Source of the DNA: Hormiphora californensis
Taxonomy: Eukaryota; Animalia; Ctenophora
Reading direction: 5' to 3'
Length of the DNA: 64,000 nt
NCBI GenBank assembly: GCA_020137815.1
Contig: CM035360.1
Coordinates: forward strand, 7,750,001-7,814,000
Positions 55,426-64,000 of this stretch are shown here, in pieces. Made by a program: the position numbers and the translations under genes. Under the pieces are notes generated by a model. It ran no database searches. It was given only the letters and a program-made list of their open reading frames with translations, and was not told where the DNA came from. Numbering within the stretch: the first letter of the stretch is position 1; every line of letters starts with the position of its first letter.

Positions 55426-58400
55426 ATGGGAAACTTTGCTGCCCATGTGTTACCTGGAAGTACCTTCATTCTTCTTGGAATGTGGTGGTTCATCAACACG
55501 CTGAGAACGTATCGAAACACAGGTAACATATTTCATATGCCGGGGGTGCACTGTGCAGTGACCAGAGGCCACTATTCCAAAATTTTGTATGTGTCGACCA
55601 GATTGCCTGAAAGGTGCGTAGGGATCTACCCTTGTATAGGCGCGGGTGCATCTTGTGGGGGGCAAGGTAGCGAAGCCCACGAAAAAAATGAGATTTTTTA
55701 TCCAATTTTGATTTGACGCATTTTAAGCATTTATAAGTCCGACTTGTACTTGAGAAGAATATTTGAATAAAAAACTAGAATTATTTAACACCCTGTACAA
55801 TGTAATTTGTTTGAAAGAATTCAAAAGCGGAAACTTTTGTAATATGACACGTTATCATTCAAGGAACGCTAATAACTTCACTACATGTGTGTTCAATGTT
55901 CATCTCTCCCTGACACGTGTCTCTTTGCAGGTTCCCATACACACAGAAACTGTTTCGGGGGCCGGATTGAGAGCTTTCTCAAGATTTTTGTGTGTGTGGG
56001 AGGGATCTGTGCAGAGATTAATAGTGCACAGTTTACACTAATGCCTTCTGTGGAAGAGCCCAATGGAAATGACTGGCAACACGTTACAATGTACCTTCTA
56101 TTCCTAACAACTGCAGTCTATGACCTGATTGTAAGTTAACATGTACAACCCCCCTTCGCCCTGATTTCCTAACAACACTCCCCTATCACCCTGATTTCCT
56201 AACAACTCCCCATATCACCCTGATTTCCTAACAACACTCCCCCCATCCTGATTTCCTAACAACACTCCCCCTATCACCCTGATTTCCTAACAACTCCCCC
56301 TATCACCCTGATTTCCTAACAACACTCCCCCCATCCTGATTTCCTAACAACTCCCCATATCACCCTGATTTCCTAACAACTCCCCATATCACCCTGATTT
56401 CCTAACAACACTCCCCCCATCCTGATTTCCTAACAACACTCCCCCATCCTGATTTCCTAACAACTCCCCCCTATCACCCTGATTTCCTAACAACACTCCC
56501 TTCATCCTGATTTCCTAACAATACTCCCCCCATCCTGATTTCCTAACACTCCCCCCATCACCCTGATTCCCTAACAACACTCCCTTCATCCTGATTTCCT
56601 AACAACTCCCCCTATCACCCTGATTTCCTAACAATACTCCCTTCATCCTGATTTCCTAACAACACCCTCCATCACCCTGATTCCCTAACAACACTCCCTT
56701 CATCCTGATTTCCTAACAACTCCCCCTATCACCCTGATTTCCTAACAACACTCCCCCTATCACCCTGATTTCCTAACACTCCCCCCATCACCCTGATTCC
56801 CTAACAACACTCCCCCCCCCCCCAGGCGGACAGATACGGGGGGTTATGGGAGAAAGTTTCACATCTGTTTTATGTGCTAGCATTTGTAGGAGAAGCAGGG
56901 CTATTCTACGGCCATCTTCACGGCAGAGCTGTTCTTGATGTACAGGTACTATTATACAGGTTGGGCTACTACTACAGCTGTTCTTGATGTACAGGTACTA
57001 TTATACAGGGTACTACTGCAGCAGCTCTATACTACGACTTATGAGCTTTAATAATGAAATATTGATAACTAGAAAGCCCGTTGAAGTAGAGCATCAGTTG
57101 ACCCAAAAAAAACACTCCCTCACCCAGGAGCACCCCTCTCACCCGCTATCTCTCTCGATCCATCTCTCTCGCTGTCCCTATATCTCTATCTCTCTCGATC
57201 CATCTCTCTCTCTCTGTCTCTCTAGCTATCTCCCCCCTCTCTCTCTCTCTCCCCCCTTCTCTCTCTCCCTCTTTCTCTCTCATCATGTCCGTGTCGGGCT
57301 GAAGAATATGGAGGATGGTAGAGTGGTAGGAATCGTGATGAACATCAAGGGTGATCAGAAGGGGGTCGCTTGAAACATGCCGAATTAGGCGATAAACATC
57401 CGTAGAATTGTAGCTGTGTAGAGTAATTATCGGGGTACATAGGTAGAAAGTCTTTGGCAATCATTGAGGCAGCAGCAGTAGATCCCAAAACACCACACAA
57501 CACCGCAGGAACACGCAACACAACAACCAACAACATGCACGTGCAGTATTCACACCCTTGCCCACCAACCATAACAACCCCTTGATTTGCACGGGCAAAT
57601 GGGCAAATTGTTGCACGCTAGTGTTGCAAGCTAGGATACTCCATCATCATCACCACGCCACTCATTTGTACTTTATAATATAGACTAGAGAGCCCAGGCA
57701 AAAGAACAAAAAACTCTCACACCCTATTGACTCCTCTCAATCCTAATCCCTGGCTCATGCCTACTTTGCTCCCTACGGCGACGCTTCGCGGCACCTCCGG
57801 TCGCGAGATCAAACTCCACACCCCTTCCCCCTGTTGACTCCCCTCAGTCCTCATCCCTCTTATCCCTATTGACTCCCCTCGGCCCCTATTGATTCATATC
57901 GTTCCCTATTCACTCTTGGTGATGACATCCCCTTCGCAGGCTTCGTTTGCCGTGCTTCGTGCGGCCCTAGTGGAGGGGTGACCGCGTCACCAATATTCAC
58001 TCCATCTCACTCTCTATTCACTCCCCTATAACGCCATAATGAACACTTCCCTCACCCATCTCTCAATCTGTGATCTGAAGCAGTTCAGAACCCCACATTT
58101 TCCCTCATTTTTCACCATTTTCCCCATTACTCAGTCATTTCTCAACCAATTTCCAAAATCTTGGGCTCATTAGAAAGATAATCTCAAGCTCTTTCAAATC
58201 AGATATCTTCCCCCAAATTTATAAAACCTTTACACACGCACGTGCACGCCCCAAACCCCACCCAACCATCCCTAACAACACGTCAATTTTCCACGTGCAA
58301 GCCCTAAAACCCCCCCAAAAACCAATTGTCTTGCAAGGTTCTCTGCTTTATAATATAGACTAGAAAGCCCATTGAAGTCCTGCAACTGAAGCACCCCCCC

Positions 58401-59068
58401 CCACCCGTCTCTATGTCCCCCCCTCTTACTCTTTGTCTCTCCATGTCGGGGTAAAGAATACGGAGGTTGGTAGAGTGGTAGAGCGCTGGTGATCCGTGAT
58501 AAACATCAAGGGAAATCCCGCTGAATAACATGTAGAATCAGATGATAAAGATCCGTAAAATTGTAGCTGTGTAGAGAATCAACGGGGTGGGATGGTAGAA
58601 AGGCTTTGGCAATCATGGCGGTCCCAGCAGTAGATCCTAAAACACCACGAAACACCACACAGGAGCACGCAACAAACAAACAATAACATGCACGTGCAGT
58701 ATCCCCCTCCCATACCCCTCCCAGAGCACCTCCTTGGCAACCCCCCTCTATTTGCACGTGTGGATAGGTCATCACTACGACGTTCATTTGTACTTTATAA
58801 TATAGATATACAGATTACAGATCCCTAATTCAACTAACAAAGTGATATATTCAGTGTCATCTACTGGTGGCGTACAGTGGATTTCTAACTGGTGGCGTGT
58901 TAGTTTTGTGCTACTTCTACCCCACGTGTGTCGTTACTTCCTCACTCTACCACTCCTTGGTCATTAGCCATGGGTTCTGGTTTTTGGAGGTATGCAGACC
59001 TGGGGTTTTTATATGATCTAGAAGTATTATCCGTTTTATAAATCCAATGATCTCACAGTGAGAGAGAG

Positions 59069-59106
<38 letters not shown>

Positions 59107-59117
59107 GTAGAGAGAGA

Positions 59118-59185
<68 letters not shown>

Positions 59186-59733
59186 GAGAGAGTGAGAGAG
59201 AGAGAGAGAGAGAGAGAAATAAGAAACTAATGATTTGCACACACCTGGTGTTGTGAGAGCTCTACAGAAACTTTATAGTTGCTACCGTGGTTGGCGGTTG
59301 CTAAGGGATGAATTCAATCATTTATTACATCATTTCTAACCGTTGAGTTTGATAGACATCTTCCAGCGAAGCAGGCTATTATGTACAGGAAACTGTATTC
59401 AATGTTTAACTAATTCTATTTCAGACTGGGTTTATTCTGTTATCTCCAATTAACCTGGGTGTATGGAAAATGGACAGTGACGAACATGCAATGATGACTA
59501 ACGTGTTTTTCTGGTAATTACTACTACTTTACTTTGCTACTAGCTAGACTCTGTTTCGCACAAATGTAAAGGAGGGTTAGAACATAACAAACTTTACTTA
59601 GTCATGTTAGAATTTATCGGTTCGTACTGTCTCCACAATTTCCGTTAATAACAGGACCTACCTCGCCCTTCTCTCCCTTTCTCTGTGTGTCCTTTTTCTC
59701 TGTGTGAGCTGTGTGTCTCTCTTTCTCTCTCTA

Positions 59734-59770
<37 letters not shown>

Positions 59771-60887
59771 CATCTCTCTCTCCCTCTCCCTCTCTCTCTA
59801 CCTACCTCTTTCTCTGTTTCTCTCTTATCTAAATATAGAATTTTGTCAAAATCAACGCTGCATGAATACACATCCTAAATACAATGCACTTACACCACGA
59901 CCCTCGTTGTGGTGAAATACATTGAGAAAACCAAATTAGAAACATTTATTGTAATTGTAGTTGTAGGAACATATTATACATGACCACCTCAACAGGAGGG
60001 TTTGACTCACCTCTCAAACCGTTTGAGGGGTGACCTCGCTCCGACTTCTGTTATCCAAGCACGGGTGTGACAGGGTTCCACATGTGGGGTGAAGATGACA
60101 ATGATTTCTTTAGATTTAGCTTGAAAAGTTATTGGGGAGTGAAGACGGTCCCTAACCGATGCTTTTTCAAGCTAAATCTAAAGAAATCGTTGTCATCTTC
60201 ACCTCACATGTGGAACCCTGTCACACCCGTGCTTGGATAACAGAAGTCGGAGCGAGGCCACCCCTCAAACCCTCCTGTTCACCATGACCTCATTCCAATT
60301 TAACTTTCAATTTTTTCCCCGCCCGGGTGAAGGCCGAAGGCCTTCACCCGGATGCCTTTTGCAAAAAGGCATAGGGGGTTTAGAAATCTAAACGGATATA
60401 GTGACTATGTGTAGCAAGTCAGCTCTCTTGTCCCGTTTCAGGTTGCGAGGGGCAACATGTAGCAACTAGAGCCGCGCACACAACAACCTGCTCCTTCATA
60501 AACCACTTCATTGGCACGTTTTCAGGAAATGTGTGGCGCGCAATTCCGCAATGTGGCGCGCAATTTAGTGCAACTAAAACACAAGGATTTGTTCTATACT
60601 TTGTGTGATGTATAAATCGTCCGAAATGTCTGTCCGCCTTCATGTTAGGGATGAAAGGTTGGCGGGGAAACATAGCATTATGAAACATAATGCATTTATT
60701 CTTGTTTCAGTTGGACATACTATACATGACCACCGTGACCTCATTCCAATTTAACTTTCAATTTTTCAGTTGGACATATTTAACGATAGTTGGAGCGATG
60801 ACAATCATTTGCAGATTTATGTGGAGGGGTTTCAGGGTCGCTAATCATCAGGGACAAAATCAGTTTTTACTATCTGAGATGAACTAA
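55426..60887 (+). CDS. TMEM45: TMEM45 (DUF716) family multipass membrane protein, 6 exons
   Basis: MGNFAAHVLPGSTFILLGMWW, WQHVTMYLLF, LAFVGEAGLFYGHLHGRAVLDVQ|CHLLV, HGFWFLE|TGFIL, FFCW. Exons 55426-55522, 55931-56130, 56826-56945, 58855-58989, 59425-59513, 60770-60887. Confidence 0.93.
56150..56825 (+). repeat. ~26-30 bp minisatellite containing the CCTAAC branch point, filling a TMEM45 intron to the acceptor
   Basis: Unit (atcac)cctgatttcctaacaacactccccc; ends ccccccag|GCGGAC. Confidence 0.95.
57069..58806 (-). mobile_element. Three head-to-tail non-autonomous Helitron-like elements
   Basis: On the minus strand each unit starts TCTATATTATAAAG (58806, 58359, 57684) and ends GGGCT(T/C)TCTAG (58360, 57685, 57069). 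The array is flanked by A and T. Outer units are homologous. No clean 3' hairpin seen. Confidence 0.7.
59991..60279. mobile_element. Palindromic MITE
   Basis: aacaggagggtttga ... tcaaaccctcctgtt, with ~105 bp near-perfect inner arms. Confidence 0.88.
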
Positions 60888-61406
60888 CTCAAAACGAAAA
60901 TATAGACAGACAGAGGGAGAGAGAGAGAGTATTTATCTTTATTTTATTACTTACCTTTAATATAACTTTTAATATGTAAATTTGAACTATTCAGAGAGAT
61001 GCAGTTGTAGATTTGATTTTGTATCATAGCATGTACATAACTAGTATATAAGCATGAAATGATATTATTGATGACAGTGTGTAAATGTTATTATGAACAT
61101 TATTTCCGACAACATTTTAAACTGAAACACCTTCTTTGAATTTTCTACTTGCGGGTGTGTATAATTGACAGTTTCGTGCAAGTATGAATAGAAATCAAAC
61201 GGTTGTGAACCATGCTGTTTCAGTCTGTGTTCCTAACACTGCTGCACTTCTATAACAGTACAACCTGTGGATGAGCCCAATGTATGAAGGAGAATGTTTG
61301 TATGGAACACGCGAAGACATTACTGTATGACACATGGCGCAACTCATACCGCGCGCAACCCTGAACTGCCAGATTTCCCACGGTCAGCTCGACCACCCCC
61401 CCCCCC

Positions 61407-61671
61407 CCGGCAAATTATATTGATTAGCGGGAGACGTATCACGTACTTTAGACGTATTCAGACATATTAGCGACAGACGTGCTAAAGGCATACCCAGACG
61501 CACTATAATAGACGTCTTAGCAACGCTAAAGGCGTACTATAGACGCTTTTATTTAGGTGCCGGCAGGCACCTCCGACCCGAAGAAAACAGAAAAAACGAA
61601 AAAAAAAATTTTTGCCCCTGCACCAAATCCAAAAAGTGACGGCCCTATATAGCAGAAGAATAGAAGATTTT

Positions 61672-61707
<36 letters not shown>

Positions 61708-63595
61708 AATTTCAGGCAGCGATTGCGGCCACATCGTTTGAGATATCGACCTGAAATTTTGTAGGCATGTTCTAGTAGTATAACTACGTGTCATAACGTG
61801 GCCGGATTTTTGATTTTTAATTAATTAATTAATTATAAGCTATCAAAATTTGCCCCTGCACATTGCCCCTGTACATTTTGATTTTTTGCCCCTGCACGTG
61901 TGCCCCTGCACACGGTTTATCTTCCGTTCTGCTTGAAATATCGACTTGAAACTTTGTAGGAATGTTCTTCAATCATAAAAAATGATATTCGAAAAGTGGG
62001 AGTATTGAAAATTAATTAATTAATTAGTTATAGGCATGCAAAAATGGACTTTTTTAGGGCCCCCTGCACTTTTTTTGAAAATGTACAGGGGCAAATACCC
62101 CTGCACATTTTTTGCAATTTTGATATTCAAACTGTGGCCAAACCGTTTGTTTTTTCGAAATGAAACTTTGTATGCATGTTCTAGTAGTATAACTACGAGT
62201 CATAAAAAGGCTGGATTTCTTATTTTTAATTTAACTAATTAATTATAAGTAATTAAAATTTTGCCCCTGCACCATCTTTCCCCTGCACCGCTGATTTCGA
62301 CCCCCTGCACATTTCCTGAACAAGGCAACTAAAAATGGTATATTTTCTGTTCTGCTATAAATAACGACCTAACATTTTGTAGTAATGTAGTTCATGCATA
62401 TAGAAAGATCGACAAAAAGTGGGAATAGTCAAAATTAATTATCCAATTAATTATAAGCAATTAAAATTTTGCCCCTGCACATTTTGCCCCTGTACATTTG
62501 CGGCAAATGTTGCCCCTGCACATTTTCGGTAAATTTGATATTCGAACTGTGGCCACACCGTTTGATATTTCGAAATGAGACTTTGCATGCATGTTCTAGT
62601 GGTATAACTACGAGTCATAAAAGAGCCGGATTTCTGATTTTTTAATTAATTAATTAATTATAAGTAATTAAAACTTTTGCCCCTGCACAATTTTGTTTGC
62701 CCCTGCACAATTTTTGCAACTTTGATATTCAAACTGTGGCCACACCGTTTGAAATTTCGAAATGAAACTTTGTATGTATGTTCTAGTAGTATAAATACGA
62801 GTCATAACGGAGCCGGATTTTTGATTTTCTAATTAATTAATTAATAATAATCAATTAAAACTTTTGCCCCTGCACCAATTTGCGCCTACACAAATTTGAT
62901 ATTCAAACTTTGAGCCTTTGTGAAAGTAATGAAAATTATTTATTTCAGGTTATGATGAACAATAAGCTATAAAAATGCCCCTTTTTGTTACACAAGCCTG
63001 TGCTTGGTATCGAAGACACCTCACACTCTGTCGCCGGGCGACCTTTGCACGCGCTGGCAAGGGGTAACTTCGTAACCAAAGCCTGTGCATTGTGCACAAT
63101 GAAATGGATAAATTTCATCCAGTGGCTGGCGGTAGAACTTGAGCACCTCTAAAACAAATAAGAGCATCAACTTAATTAATTATTTATTAACGTGGTGAGA
63201 TAAGAAATTGATTTTGTTCTGCTCCCACTAACTACAAGGGCATTTCACATTTTGGTGCCATTATTTTTGTCTCTATTTTTAATAGGATTTACAATTTTAT
63301 TTTGGTATTAGACTGAATGTATGGGATTAGATCATTTGAGAAGTAGTGAAGATTTGAAATATGTTAGCAACTTGCCGGTTCGACAAACTAAACCCATATG
63401 ATTCCAACTTCGGGTCGGACGAGGGGAAGCTTGCCTTTTGCGAACATAAAAGTTACGTCTCAACGAAAGCCTTGAGTACGTCTGTCGGTAATACGTCTGT
63501 CGCTAATACGTCTGTCGCTAATACGTCTATAATAATGTGCTAATACGTCTATAGTACGTCTCCCGCTAATCAGTATTTGTCCGATAGCCACCCTG
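61407..63595. mobile_element. Composite foldback element enclosing a ~180-190 bp tandem-repeat cassette
   Basis: Inverted arms attagcgggagacgta..gacagacgt (61420-61545) and acgtctgtcgctaat..tacgtctcccgctaat (63478-63575). Inside are about 6 units carrying gcccctgcac and aattaattaattaatt (61700-62910). Confidence 0.7.
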
Positions 63596-64000
63596 TCGAC
63601 AACATTCTGTCTCTAGAAAGAAGCTAAATGGTTCAAAGTACTGGGTCACTTGGCTCCATTGCAACCTATTCTCGCTCCGCGACGTCGATCTCACTCAGGT
63701 ATCAATGTGGCCAACTGGGTCACCTGTCTCCAAGAGGTCACTGCGCTGGCAAGCGCAAAGGTGACCATCCCCTCCCCCCAGCCGCGCGTGCCAGAATGCA
63801 GTAATAACTTTTTTCAGTTTTTAGCCAAAAATGGCATTTTTCGACGCCCATAGCGAGGCCCCCACTGCACCAATCAGTCTGAAATTTGGTATACAGTGTC
63901 ACATAGTCTAGATCTACTGTAGTTTAAAAGGGCAAGTCTCTATCTTTTTTAGTTTTAGAGATATGGCATCGTGAAAAAAGCAATAAGTGTCCCGGGTCTA

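Overview
Intron-rich animal genomic DNA. Short GT-AG introns, (AG)n microsatellites and unpaired acceptors just before start codons suggest a ctenophore-like, SL trans-splicing invertebrate; this organism call is an inference. Spliced genes in order: divergent alpha-spectrin-like gene (-, runs off the left edge); ApeC + multiple Sushi/CCP type I membrane protein with a tyrosine-motif tail (+); PCMTD1-like (-); F-box protein (+); VPS35 (+); small orphan coiled-coil gene (+); rapsyn-like TPR...RING-H2 gene (-); TMEM45 (+). Introns and intergenic DNA hold MITE/foldback elements, CR1-, RTE- and CRE-type LINE fragments, a tRNA-derived SINE and a head-to-tail Helitron-like trimer. The most interesting signals are the candidate ApeC-Sushi receptor, the rapsyn-like gene, minisatellites built from splice signals, and an antisense ORF cassette with an RTE-like tail inside an intron. 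Part of the sequence (about 45.6-50.4 kb) looks unpolished, and several exons carry +1 frameshifts that may be read errors. All homology calls are by eye from recalled motifs; no searches were run.
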